From positions 5,952,001-6,016,000 of the forward strand of contig OZ176054.1 of NCBI GenBank assembly GCA_964247055.1: 64,000 nt of DNA, read 5' to 3'. The DNA comes from Paragordius varius (taxonomy: Eukaryota; Animalia; Nematomorpha). This document shows positions 1 through 12,162 of this stretch, piece by piece; the stretch's first letter is position 1, and the number at the start of each line of letters is the position of its first letter. Below the pieces are notes generated by a model, which saw nothing but the letters and a program-made list of their open reading frames with translations, ran no database searches and was not told the origin of the DNA. Made by a program: the position numbers and the translations under genes.

Positions 1-1
1 A

Positions 2-589
2 CGAAACACCCCAGAGAATATAGAAAAGCGTTAAAATTATACCAGATTAGTGAAAGATATTCCACAAGAAAAAGTTTTTTTTATTGATGAGTCAGGCTTC
101 AGTTTGAAACTTACAAATATATGGGGTAGAGCTCCAAAGGGCAAATCTCCTATTGTAGAGGGATTTAACAAAGGTAAACTTTAAATTTATTTTAGGAAAA
201 AATGTTTCATTGATATGTATGATTGGTTGTCAGGGAGTTATTAATTACAGAACAAAAGAAGGCGCCTTTAGAGGCGATGATTTTCGATTTTTTTTGACGG
301 AATGTTTAACAAGAATTCAATAATAGTTTGCGATAATGCACCTATTCACAAAACCGCGGTGGTAGGTGAGCTAAGGAATAAAATTGTTTATTTACCTCCA
401 TATTCGCCACAACTGAATCCCATTGAATGTTTTTTTTATGAGATTAAACATCAATATGATAAAAAACCACGGTGTAGTACCCCTCTAGAGCAGCATAACA
501 AAATTGCAAGACTTTGCGAAGAGAGAAGGGAAAAAAATCTAAAAAATTATTATAATTTTTCTTCAGAAAACAATTATAAATTTATTTAA
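2..589 (+). pseudogene. IS630/Tc1/mariner-superfamily DDE transposase, C-terminal part, disrupted; 5' end lies outside the window
   Basis: Frame 2 reads RNTPENIEKR*NYTRLVKDIPQEKVFFIDESGFSLKLTNIWGRAPKGK, containing the first catalytic D (DESG). Removing GT..AG 174-195 continues KGKNVSLICMIGCQGVINYRTKEGAFRGDDFRFF. The ORF at 302 gives VCDNAPIH and YLPPYSPQLNPIE (second D and E). Lesions: TAA at 32-34 and a frameshift near the T8 run at 288-295. Confidence 0.88.
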
Positions 590-908
590 ATATTATAATT
601 ATCAATAAATATTTTTATCTTTTAAATTATATTTTGGTTATGTGTGCTTAAACTTTGAGTTAATAAAATTTTATAATTAATATTTTACAAAAGATAAAAA
701 TTACAATATGCGCATGTTGTGCATCAAGAATAATATTTTGCAATATCTTTTAATTATAAATTAAAAATTCTTACAATAAATAGGCTATTATTATTTTAAG
801 GCTTAAAAATGCGCATGTTGAAAGTTGACATATCAAACATCAAAACAATTAAAAAAAATTATAATCATTTAAATACGAATTTCTGACAATTCCATATAGA
901 CATGACTG

Positions 909-1679
909 TATTATTTTGTAAAAACACAATTATTGAATGACAATTTCCAAGTATATTCCAGTGCACAATCATTAATAACTTATTATTTAAAAATTATATT
1001 TTTGGAATTTGAGATGTTTTTAAGATAATATTTTTTTTATTGATGGTTCGCATTAATATTTGCCCGCTTCAAAACAGTTTTTACACATGTCAAGTTTTTC
1101 CATAAAAATACTGTCAGAAAAAATAAATATTTAATTATTATATATATTTGACTAAAACAGGGGTGTCTAACCAAATGGCCTCGCGAGTGGTATTACTTAA
1201 AAAGAATGGCGTTCCGCATTCGATATATTTCATAAAAAAATTTTCGAATAGACATAAAACTGTAAAATACAATATAACAATTTTTTACCAATAAAAAATC
1301 ATTCAGAATAATTGCGTAAGAAGTATGAATATTACTAAGATTGACATATTTTTGCATAAAGATTTCTAAATTTTTCGCGGGCCGCACAAAGATACTCGGC
1401 AGGCCGCGTTCACCCGATGAACCAAATGGTAAATATTATAAAATTAGGGTAAAATTAATGTTTAAGAAACAATATGAAGTGTTAAATGACCTCTGAGATA
1501 AAAATGGTATATTATTTTTTTTATATTTATCAATGCGAACCATCAATAAATAAAAAATATTATCTTAAAAACATCTTAAATTCCAAAAATATAATTTTTA
1601 AAGAATAAGTCATTAATGATTGTGCATTGGAATATACTTGGATTTTGTCATTCAATAATTGTGTTTTTACAAAATAATA
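909..1679. repeat. Long inverted repeat (foldback/MITE-like), arms 909-1054 and 1532-1679
   Basis: The reverse complement of 1532-1679 aligns with 909-1054 (tattattttgtaaaaacacaattattgaatgaca...taagataatatttt...tgatggttcgcatt) with only scattered mismatches. Spacer is about 480 bp. Confidence 0.85.
1158..1418. mobile_element. Degenerate hAT-type non-autonomous element inside the spacer of the inverted repeat
   Basis: Starts CAGGGGTGTCT and contains GCGGGCCGCA and GGCCGCG subterminal motifs typical of hAT MITEs. The right TIR is eroded and no TSD was found. Confidence 0.5.
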
Positions 1680-1763
1680 ATATCCTAATATTACGCTGAT
1701 AATGGTTAAAAGTTATTTTTAGGTCTTGTTTTGATATTTATCATCAAAAATAAAACCGTTTTT

Positions 1764-1968
1764 ATTGACTGGGAAAACGTTTTGATTGACTGGGAAAACG
1801 TTTCGATTGACTGGTAAAACGTTTCGATTGATTGGGAAAATGTTTCGATTGACTGGGAAAATGTTTCGATTGACTGGGAAAACGTTTCGATTGACTGGGA
1901 AAACGTTTCGATTGGTTGAAAAAATGTTTTGATTGACTGAGAAAACGTTTATTTAGACTGGGAAATGG
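1764..1968. repeat. 21-bp minisatellite, about 10 copies (ATTGACTGGGAAAACGTTTCG)
   Basis: Unit read directly from the sequence. It explains the (SQSKRFP)n ORF on the minus strand. Confidence 0.95.
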
Positions 1969-2120
1969 TTTAATTAAGATAAGCAATTATATGTACAGTA
2001 ATGATGTTTAATATATATTTTTTAATTAGAATAAATAAAGAGGCTTTTCTGGATATATTTTCAAATTAAATTAGGTTATATTAATAGGTTTTACATTTCC
2101 AATTAACTATTGAACTTGTT

Positions 2121-2885
2121 TTAAATTTTTAGCGCACATATATAAACAAAAAATATTGGTAAATAAATTACCTTATCTGGTTTTTCAAATAAGCCGGTCT
2201 CGACAAGAAATTTATGCCTAGTATAAATGTGAATAAATGGATGCTGAAATAATTGCGATTTTAATATATACTTTTGATCATATCCCATGTCATTATATAC
2301 GTAGGTAAATTTCAATTCAATATCCGTGCTTGAATCAAACCAAATGCGGGGATTCGAATTAATTAAAATATTAACATGGTTTGATGGAAAGAGACGATAA
2401 AGTGTATTAATGACATCATTCATTTTATCGATGGGAAGCAAAAATATTTCGGGATAACTTTGTAAAAAGGCTTCAATATTTTTTAAACTGAATTTGTAGG
2501 ATAAAAAATGATTAATGACTGTTTCATATGTTGGAATTGGGATATCTAATAAAAAGGCATTACACAGAAGAGTTTCAATGAGCTTGATCGGAAAGTTTAA
2601 TTTAAAGAAGTATTCAGCAACTAAAATAAATTTTTTCCAATCTAAATGTGATATAGCTGATATATTGTTTTGTAAAACTGTGGCAGCATAACAAGGTTTA
2701 ACCGAATGATTTTCGTACAATTTTATCAAATTTTGGCATTGGGGTGTGTTGTAAAAATTTAGTAGTGTTATATCATTTCTTAAATCATCAATAATTTGTT
2801 TTTTAAAAATTGATAGGGATGAATTAGAACAAAAAGGTCTGATATATTTCAAATTTTGCTTTGCCAAGCTCAAAGCTCTAAACAT
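2121..2885 (-). CDS. MTERF4: Mitochondrial transcription termination factor family protein, MTERF4-like; long first exon probably ending at 2172
   Basis: ATG at 2885 gives a transit-peptide-like MFRALSLAKQNLKYIRPF, followed by mTERF-like repeats (FLQSYPEIF, LINSNPRIW). LKFTYVYNDMGY..ILKSQLFQHP..IYTRHKFL..G.FEKPDK matches my recollection of human MTERF4 (KFQYAYFRMG..IVKSEYLQY..IKQRHIYLERLGRYQTPDK). A GTAATT donor follows PDK at 2171; the next exon was not found. Confidence 0.8.
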   Translation of the reverse strand: MFRALSLAKQNLKYIRPFCSNSSLSIFKKQIIDDLRNDITLLNFYNTPQCQNLIKLYENHSVKPCYAATVLQNNISAISHLDWKKFILVAEYFFKLNFPIKLIETLLCNAFLLDIPIPTYETVINHFLSYKFSLKNIEAFLQSYPEIFLLPIDKMNDVINTLYRLFPSNHVNILINSNPRIWFDSSTDIELKFTYVYNDMGYDQKYILKSQLFQHPFIHIYTRHKFLVETGLFEKPDKVIYLPIFFVYICALKI

Positions 2886-2939
2886 GTGAAACAACTGACA
2901 ATATCCAGATAACGTAATGTTAACACACTGCCCACAAAA

Positions 2940-4140
2940 TCCATATATTTTGATGGGAAAATGTATCTGAATTATGTTGCTTAAGCCCTTACAAGTGGTT
3001 TAAGAAAGTTATTTACACTTCTGTGATATGTGATCCATATCGAAAAATGGCAAAGTTTGCGCTTATTTTTTTAAATATTTTATGGTGATTGCTAGAGGCT
3101 TCATTCCAATAAATATAAATACTAGAGACTATTTGAAAACAAAGAATATTTAAATCAATATGTGAGGGATGGAAATGTTCAGCATCGAATTATGCAGAAA
3201 AAAATTTATATAATATTTTAATACGTTTTTAAACCGTTTTCATTATACCTCAGAATGGTATGAAGTACGCTTCAACAAAATTTGGCTAAAATTTAATTTT
3301 TAAATTGTACGCATTTTTAAAAAATATTTTTCATAATTCCGCATACACAACAGAGTATTTTGTAAATAAACTACAATTTTAAAAGTTGTTTTGGTTAAAT
3401 ATAAATTATTAAACATTGTTCTCATGTATTAGATTTAAAAGCTTATAATTTTACAGTTTTGTGATATAAAGACTGAAATTGGGACACCAAAACACGATTG
3501 GAACGAACGATTGAGATTAAAATCAAAATAATCAAGTTTTACCGGTATATATAGCCTTAAAGCTTTATATAGTAATTTAAATATTATGAAATACATCATT
3601 TGCCTGATGCAATTTTAAAAGAAATTTAGAAAGAAATGGCAGAAAAATGTTTGAGATTAGGTTTTTTTGAGTTTAGATTTATTAAATAAAATTTTTTATG
3701 TATATGCTCCTAAAAGACTAAGCAATGCATATTTTTAAATTCGGCTTGATACGTTAATAATTTCTAATATATTTCAATTTCAAATAGCTCTAGGATATTT
3801 ACCTACCCCAGAAGGTAATGGATTGTTTTTAATTTTGTCGCACAATCCCGGCATTTTTGCGTTTATTTTCAAAAGAACTAGCAGCAGAGCAAAAAATTTG
3901 AGACTTTCGGACCCCACAATTAAAATATTATAAAAATATTGTTTTGCTTCTTTTAAGTAGTTTATGAAATATTTTAATGATATAAATTTTTTTACTACAA
4001 ATAATATGTTCAAACTTTGCCTTTTTCTGATATGGAGCACTCACCACAACACTGTAAATAAACTTTCTTATACTCGTACCCAAAACCAAAAGCCTCATGA
4101 TATTCCCGATACATTTTTCTATCAGAATATATATATTTCA
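2940..4140. other. Pair of diverged, oppositely oriented coding-like segments (about 2940-3290 plus; about 3790-4140 minus), identity unknown
   Basis: 2999-3059 aligns with the reverse complement of 4011-4072 at roughly 75-80% identity by eye. Shared translation is approximately IY.D.KMY..Y....KKVYL..C..CSIS..GK, with stops and frameshifts. Confidence 0.5.
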
Positions 4141-4164
4141 TCATGATATTTTTTGTCTACACGG

Positions 4165-4600
4165 TGTTATATAACATTTATAAATCGAGATATAAAAAAA
4201 TCATTCAAAAATACTTGATTTTACTTATTTTAAGGTAAAACCCAAATGTAAAAATATAGTCAACGTGACATGTATGCATTAGCAATTAAAAATCATACCC
4301 ACATTTTCTGTATCTATCAATGTTAGAAGAAATTTAAATAAAACATTTAATTTTAACTCAAAAATAAGTAAACACGATATTTTGCAAAAATGTTATTAAA
4401 AATGGCGTCGAAGTAGTTTATAAGGAACTTTTTTTCCAAAACTAAATTTCATTTGGATATTTTGGCTTATTTGTATATTTTTTAGGATAGAAGCATAAAT
4501 TTAAATAGGACCGTTTCTCTCAGTAGTTTTTTTAAAATATCAAATATAGTCTGGGGTATTTAGATTGCCCAATTAGAATTGATATGTAAATGAAAATCAA
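4165..4600 (-). mobile_element. Eroded copy of the ~500-bp TTAA-flanked MITE family
   Basis: Shares blocks such as aaaatggcgtcgaagtagttt, taggatagaagcataaatttaaat and gtctggggtatttagat with copies at 35.7-37.6 kb and 47391-47894. Confidence 0.75.
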
Positions 4601-4654
4601 TATTTTACAAGTTAATTAAGCCTTTTATACTAGATGGGTCAAACATGAAAATAT

Positions 4655-4932
4655 ATTTTACATTCATATTGATATAAGCATATGGGATATATGTTAAAAT
4701 CCTTTACGCTCAAAGCCTCATGGCAAATATTTGGTGTCTATGCGTTTAAATAACCTCAAATTATATCGTAACCCAAAAATGCTATTGAGCTAAAATATGA
4801 AAATTTCTGTAAAAAACAGAATTGTCACATAAATTAAAGTCTGACTTTGATGTAAAAAGGGAGGCTGAATTGTAAGTATCTTTTATATTTTAAAAATAAA
4901 AATCAGAGGCCGTTAATGATAAAAAAGATGAT
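4655..4932 (+). pseudogene. MRPL46: Partial decayed duplicate of the MRPL46 5' region, cut off by the satellite
   Basis: Collinear with 37621-37912 (caaagcctcatggcaaatatttgg...aaagtctgactttga...aaaaagggaggctgaattgtaagt...catgataaaaaagatgat). It has indels and both tiny-intron acceptor AGs are lost. Homology stops at aaagatgat, where satellite monomers begin. Confidence 0.85.
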
Positions 4933-5076
4933 AAATAATAATAACACGGGTAATAAAATTAGATTGTTGAAAAGTAATGGTTGTTTGCTGCAAATACTAA
5001 TCTTAGCATGGGTAATATAATTTGATTGTTGAAAAATAATGGTTGATTGTTGGAAATACTAATATCCGGTAATATA

Positions 5077-6391
5077 CCATTTGCACTTCAAGAGTGTCCT
5101 TGAACACTTCAGGTTGGTCCTTGAAGATTTCAAGTTGGTCTTTGAAGATTTCAAGTTGGTCTTTGAACACTTTAAGTTGGTCCTTGAACCTTAAAAGTTG
5201 GTCCTTAAAATTTTTAAATTTTGATTTAACCATAATTTTTACATTTATTTTTTTATTTTTTTATTTTATAATTTTTTAACTTAATTTTCTTGATTTATTA
5301 TATATTTATTCATGTAAGATAAAAAAAATTTATCCAAAAATGATTTTTAATTCCCAACTATTTTTTTTTCAATTTAACAAAATTATTTTTAAGTTTTCAA
5401 TGAAACATTGTAAATAATAACTTAGAAAACTTATATAATTTTTAATAACGTGTTAAAATCTTATAAATATCCAAAATAATTTTAAGAAATTAATATTATA
5501 CGGTTTCTCAATGAATAAAAGCTGATATTAATTTAAAATTTATGTTAAACTAGCGTAAATCTCGTGCTGCTACGCAGCCCGAGGAAGTCCTTCGGACTTC
5601 TGGGGGGGGGGGTTTCGAAGTTTGGATTTGAATGTGTCCACCGGTTTTCCGGTACCAGATCACAAAGTTACATGAGGAATCAGTTTTTAGCGGGTAGCTC
5701 CTTACCCAGCAGCTATCATCAAAGAAACGCCTGACTAAAATTTTTGCCTTTTAACAGGGAATAGGTGGAACCCATATTGAATTTTTACTGTCTCATACTT
5801 AGGGCGAAAAATAGATTTAAAAAATTATTTTTGTGGACTTTGTTTTTTGAAAAAAATGGCATTTTACAGGGGTAGCGGGTAAAAAGAGGGCCTAAATCAA
5901 AAAAGTGAGTCGACTATGTTCAGCGCGATCAAAAATAAGTAAACAAAAATCATATTTGAAATTGAATGGTCCAACACGTTCTCCAAAAAAATGACTTAAC
6001 CCATTTTTCACACGGGGTGGGCCCGAACTGGGGGCCTATTTTAAAAAAAGGGCGAAGCTATTGTCGGGGCATTCATTAATGATTATATTTTTTCGAAGTT
6101 TGGATTTGAATGGGTCTACTGGTTTTCCTGTACCAGATCACAAAGCCAGCATTTTCCATTTTTATAAATATATAGATAATAGAAAATAGGTTAAAAACGA
6201 TATAGAAGATAAATGATATACAATTTGATTGATAAAAGTAAAAAACAAAGCAAAAAAATCAAAGGACCAATTTGAAGTGTTTAAGGACCAACTTGAAATG
6301 TTCAGGGACCTACTTGAAATGTTCAAGGACTAACTTGAAATGTTCAAGGACCAACTTGAAATGTTCAAGGACACTCTTGAAGTGCAAATGG
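5077..6391. mobile_element. TA-flanked foldback MITE with ~140-bp TIRs built from 21-bp subrepeats
   Basis: TATA|CCATTTGCACTTCAAGAGTGTCCTTGAAC at 5077 and the exact inverse ending at 6391|TATA. Each arm continues with 5-6 copies of TTCAAGTTGGTCCTTGAACAT. Satellite monomers lie on both sides. The TA target suggests Tc1/mariner dependence (inference). Confidence 0.88.
5550..6176 (-). mobile_element. Non-autonomous Helitron (627 bp) nested in the foldback MITE
   Basis: Minus strand reads A|TCTATATATTTATAAAAATGG at the 5' end, and hairpin CTCG-G-GCTGC-GTA-GCAGC-A-CGAG then ATTTACG-CTAG|T at the 3' end. It sits between A and T with no TSD, the canonical Helitron termini. Confidence 0.88.
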
Positions 6392-9300
6392 TATAAAATA
6401 TATTGTTGAAAAGTAATGATTGTTTGCTGAAAATACTAATATTAGCACCAGTAATTTGATTGCTAAAAAATGGTTGATTGTTGTAAATAATAATATTAGC
6501 ACGGGTAATCATATTTGATTGTTGGAAAGTGATGGTTGATTCTTCGAAATATTTATAATTGATAATATTATTTGATTGTTGAAAAGTTGGTTGATTGTTG
6601 GAAATAATAATATTAGCACGGGTAATATTATTTGATTGTTGAAAAGTCATGGTTGATTGTTGGAAATAATAATATTAGCAACGGGTAATATTATTTGATT
6701 GTTGAAAAGTGATGGTTGTTTCTTCGAAATATTTATATTAGCATTGATAATATTTTTTGATTGTTGAAAAGTAATGGTTGTTGTTGGAAATAATAATAGT
6801 AGCAACGGGTAATATTATTTTATTGTTGAAATGTAATGGTTGTTGTTGGAAATAATAATATTAGCAACGGGTATTATTATTTGATTGTTGAAAAGTAATG
6901 GTTGATTGTTGGAAATAATAATAGTAGCAACGGGTAATATTATTTTATTGTTGAAATGTAATGGTTGTTGTTGGAAATAATAATATTAGCAACGGGTATT
7001 ATTATTTGATTGTTGAAAAGTAATGGTTGTTGTTGGAAATAATAATAGTAGTAACGGGTAATATTATTTGATTGTTGAAAAGTAATGGTTGTTGTTGGAA
7101 ATAATAATAGTAGTAACGGGTATTATTATTTGATTGTTGAAAAGTAATGGTTGTTGTTGGAAATAATAATAGTAGTAACGGGTAATATTATTTTATTGTT
7201 GAAATGTAATGGTTGTTGTTGGAAATAATAATATTAGCAACGGGTATTATTATTTGATTGTTGAAAAGTGATGGTTGTTTCTTCGAAATATTTATATTAG
7301 CATTGATAATATTTTTTGATTGTTGAAAAGTAATGGTTGTTGTTGGAAATAATAATAGTAGCAACGGGTAATATTATTTTATTGTTGAAATGTAATGGTT
7401 GTTGTTGGAAATAATAATATTAGCAACGGGTATTATTATTTGATTGTTGAAAAGTAATGGTTGTTGTTGGAAATAATAATAGTAGTAACGGGTAATATTA
7501 TTTGATTGTTGAAAAGTAATGGTTGTTGTTGGAAATAATAATAGTAGTAACGGGTAATATTTTTTGATTGTTGAAAAGTAATGGTTGTTGTTGGAAATAA
7601 TAATAGTAGCAACGGGTAATATTATTTTATTGTTGAAATGTAATGGTTGTTGTTGGAAATAATAATATTAGCAACGGGTATTATTATTTGATTGTTGAAA
7701 AGTAATGGTTGATTGTTGGAAATAATAATAGTAGCAACGGGTAATATTATTTGATTGTTGAAAAGTAATGGTTGTTGTTGGAAATAATAATATTAGCAAC
7801 GGGTATTATTATTTGATTGTTGAAAAGTAATGGTTGATTGTTGGAAATAATAATACTAGCAACGGGTAATATTATTTGATTGTTGAAAAGTAATGGTTGT
7901 TGTTGGAAATAATAATATTAGCAACGGGTATTATTATTTGATTGTTGAAAAGTAATGGTTGTTGTTGGAAATAATAATATTAGCAACGGGTATTATTATT
8001 TGATTGTTGAAAAGTAATGGTTGTTGTTGGAAATAATAATATTAGCAACGGGTATTATTATTTGATTGTTGAAAAGTAATGGTTGTTGTTGGAAATAATA
8101 ATAGTAGCAACGGGTAATATTATTTTATTGTTGAAATGTAATGGTTGTTGTTGGAAATAATAATATTAGCAACGGGTATTATTATTTGATTGTTGAAAAG
8201 TGATGGTTGTTTCTTCGAAATATTTATATTAGCATTGATAATATTTTTTGATTGTTGAAAAGTAATGGTTGTTGTTGGAAATAATAATAGTAGCAACGGG
8301 TAATATTATTTTATTGTTGAAATGTAATGGTTGTTGTTGGAAATAATAATATTAGCAACGGGTATTATTATTTGATTGTTGGAAAGTGATGGTTGATTCT
8401 TCGAAATATTTATAATTGATAATATTATTTGATTGTTGAAAAGTTGGTTGATTGTTGGAAATAATAATATTAGCACGGGTAATATTATTTGATTGTTGAA
8501 AAGTCATGGTTGATTGTTGGAAATAATAATATTAGCAACGGGTAATATTATTTGATTGTTGAAAAGTGATGGTTGTTTCTTCGAAATATTTATATTAGCA
8601 TTGATAATATTTTTTGATTGTTGAAAAGTAATGGTTGTTGTTGGAAATAATAATAGTAGCAACGGGTAATATTATTTTATTGTTGAAAAGTAATGGTTGT
8701 TGTTGGAAATAATAATATTAGCAACGGGTATTATTATTTGATTGTTGAAAAGTAATGGTTGTTGTTGGAAATAATAATATTAGCAACGGGTATTATTATT
8801 TGATTGTTGAAAAGTAATGGTTGTTGTTGGAAATAATAATAGTAGTAACGGGTAATATTATTTGATTGTTGAAAAGTAATGGTTGTTGTTGGAAATAATA
8901 ATATTAGCAACGGGTATTATTATTTGATTGTTGAAAAGTAATGGTTGTTGTTGGAAATAATAATATTAGCAACGGGTATTATTATTTGATTGTTGAAAAG
9001 TAATGGTTGTTGTTGGAAATAATAATATTAGCAACGGGTATTATTATTTGATTGTTGAAAAGTAATGGTTGTTGTTGGAAATAATAATAGTAGCAACGGG
9101 TAATATTATTTGATTGTTGAAAAGTAATGGTTGTTGTTGGAAATAATAATATTAGCAACGGGTATTATTATTTGATTGTTGAAAAGTAATGGTTGTTGTT
9201 GGAAATAATAATATTAGCAACGGGTATTATTATTTGATTGTTGAAAAGTAATGGTTGTTGTTGGAAATAATAATAGTAGCAACGGGTAATATTATTTGAT

Positions 9301-12162
9301 TGTTGAAAAGTAATGGTTGTTGTTGGAAATAATAATATTAGCAACGGGTATTATTATTTGATTGTTGAAAAGTAATGGTTGTTGTTGGAAATAATAATAT
9401 TAGCAACGGGTATTATTATTTGATTGTTGAAAAGTAATGGTTGTTGTTGGAAATAATAATAGTAGCAACGGGTAATATTATTTGATTGTTGAAAAGTAAT
9501 GGTTGTTGTTGGAAATAATAATATTAGCAACGGGTATTATTATTTGATTGTTGAAAAGTAATGGTTGTTGTTGGAAATAATAATATTAGCAACGGGTATT
9601 ATTATTTGATTGTTGAAAAGTAATGGTTGTTGTTGGAAATAATAATAGTAGCAACGGGTAATATTATTTGATTGTTGAAAAGTAATGGTTGTTGTTGGAA
9701 ATAATAATATTAGCAACGGGTATTATTATTTGATTGTTGAAAAGTAATGGTTGTTGTTGGAAATAATAATATTAGCAACGGGTATTATTATTTGATTGTT
9801 GAAAAGTAATGGTTGATTGTTGGAAATAATAATAGTAGCAACGGGTATTATTATTTGATTGTTGAAAAGTAATGGTTGTTGTTGGAAATAATAATATTAG
9901 CAACGGGTATTATTATTTGATTGTTGAAAAGTAATGGTTGTTGTTGGAAATAATAATATTAGCAACGGGTATTATTATTTGATTGTTGAAAAGTAATGGT
10001 TGTTGTTGGAAATAATAATATTAGCAACGGGTATTATTATTTGATTGTTGAAAAGTAATGGTTGTTGTTGGAAATAATAATAGTAGCAACGGGTAATATT
10101 ATTTGATTGTTGAAAAGTGATGGTTGTTTCTTCGAAATATTTATATTAGCATTGATAATATTTTTTGATTGTTGAAAAGTAATGGTTGTTGTTGGAAATA
10201 ATAATAGTAGTAACGGGTATTATTATTTGATTGTTGAAAAGTAATGGTTGATTGTTGGAAATAATAATATTAGCAACGGGTATTATTATTTGATTGTTGA
10301 AAAGTAATGGTTGATTGTTGGAAATAATAATATTAGCAACGGGTATTATTATTTGATTGTTGAAAAGTAATGGTTGTTGTTGGAAATAATAATATTAGCA
10401 ACGGGTATTATTATTTGATTGTTGAAAAGTAATGGCTGATTGTTGGAAATAATAATACTAGCAACGGGTAATATTATTTGATTGTTGAAAAGTAATGGTT
10501 GATTGTTGGAAATAATAATATTAGCACGGGTAATATTATTTGATTGTTGAAAAGTAATGGTTGATTGTTGGAAATAATAATACTAGCAACGGGTAATATT
10601 ATTTGATTGTTGAAAAGTAATGGTTGATTGTTGGAAATAATAATATTAGCACGGGTAATATTATTTGATTGTTGAAAAGTAATGGTTGATTGTTGGAAAT
10701 AATAATACTAGCAACGGGTAATATTATTTGATTGTTGAAAAGTAATGGTTGATTGTTGGAAATAATAATATTAGCACGGGTAATATTATTTGATTGTTGA
10801 AAAGTAATGGTTGATTGTTGGAAATAATAATATTAGCACGGGTAATATTATTTGATTGTTGAAAAGTAATGGTTGATTGTTGGAAATAATAATACTAGCA
10901 ACGGGTAATATTATTTGATTGTTGAAAAGTAATGGTTGATTGTTGGAAATAATAATATTAGCACGGGTAATATTATTTGATTGTTGAAAAGTAATGGTTG
11001 ATTGTTGGAAATAATAATACTAGCAACGGGTAATATTATTTTATTGTTGAAAAGTAATGGTTGATAATTGGAAATAATAATACTAGCAACGGGTAATATT
11101 ATTTTATTGTTGAAAAGTAATGGTTGATTGTTGGAAAGAATAATATTAGTACCGGTAATATTATTTGATTGTTGAAAAGTGATGGTTGATTGTTGGAAAT
11201 ATTAATTGTAGCAACGGGTAATATTATTTGATTGTTGAAAAATCATGGTTGATTGTTGGAAATAATAATAGTAGCAACGGGTAATATTATTTTATTGTTG
11301 AAAAGTAATGGTTGATTGTTGGAAATAATAATAGTAGCAACGGGTAATATTATTTTATTGTTGAAAAGTAATGGTTGATTGTTGGAAATAATAATACTAG
11401 CAACGGGTAATATTATTTGATTGTTGAAAAGTAATGGTTGATTGTTGGAAATAATAATACTAGCAACGGGTAATATTATTTTATTGTTGAAAAGTAATGG
11501 TTGATTGTTGGAAATAATAATACTAGCAACGGGTAATATTATTTGATTGTTGAAAAGTAATGGTTGATTGTTGGAAATAATAATAGTAGCAACGGGTAAT
11601 ATTATTTTATTGTTGAAAAGTAATGGTTGATTGTTGGAAATAATAATATTAGCACGGGTAATATTATTTGATTGTTGAAAAGTAATGGTTGATTGTTGGA
11701 AATAATAATACTAGCAACGGGTAATATTATTTTATTGTTGAAAAGTAATGGTTGATTGTTGGAAATAATAATACTAGCAACGGGTAATATTATTTGATTG
11801 TTGAAAAGTAATGGTTGATTGTTGGAAATAATAATATTAGCACGGGTAATATTATTTGATTGTTGAAAAGTAATGGTTGATTGTTGGAAATAATAATATT
11901 AGCACGGGTAATATTATTTGATTGTTGAAAAGTAATGGTTGATTGTTGGAAATAATAATACTAGCAACGGGTAATATTATTTGATTGTTGAAAAGTAATG
12001 GTTGATTGTTGGAAATAATAATATTAGCACGGGTAATATTATTTGATTGTTGAAAAGTAATGGTTGATTGTTGGAAATAATAATACTAGCAACGGGTAAT
12101 ATTATTTGATTGTTGAAAAGTAATGGTTGATTGTTGGAAATAATAATAGGTAATATTATTTG

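Noticed and set aside
32-34. Non-standard genetic code (TAA read-through)
   Set aside because: MRPL46 and the RhoGAP end in TAA and the RTE ends in TAG; long ORFs contain no internal stops.
30-326. Extra tiny introns (30-50 and 304-326) that would remove the transposase stop and frameshift
   Set aside because: They have GT..AG ends, but splicing would delete family-typical residues (the helix before FIDESG and the NSIIV strand before DNA). Simple decay is more parsimonious.
1762-1986. (SQSKRFP)n ORF; also the KDQLEIF-type ORFs at 5003-5279 and the start of ORF 61310
   Set aside because: Translations of 21-bp tandem repeats, with no independent coding evidence.
3780-3856. MPGLCDKIKNNPLPSGVGKYPRA resembling the RPL6 N-terminal NPVL.RGIGRYSR
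   Set aside because: The match is short, no downstream RPL6 exons were found, and the region is part of a decayed inverted duplicate.
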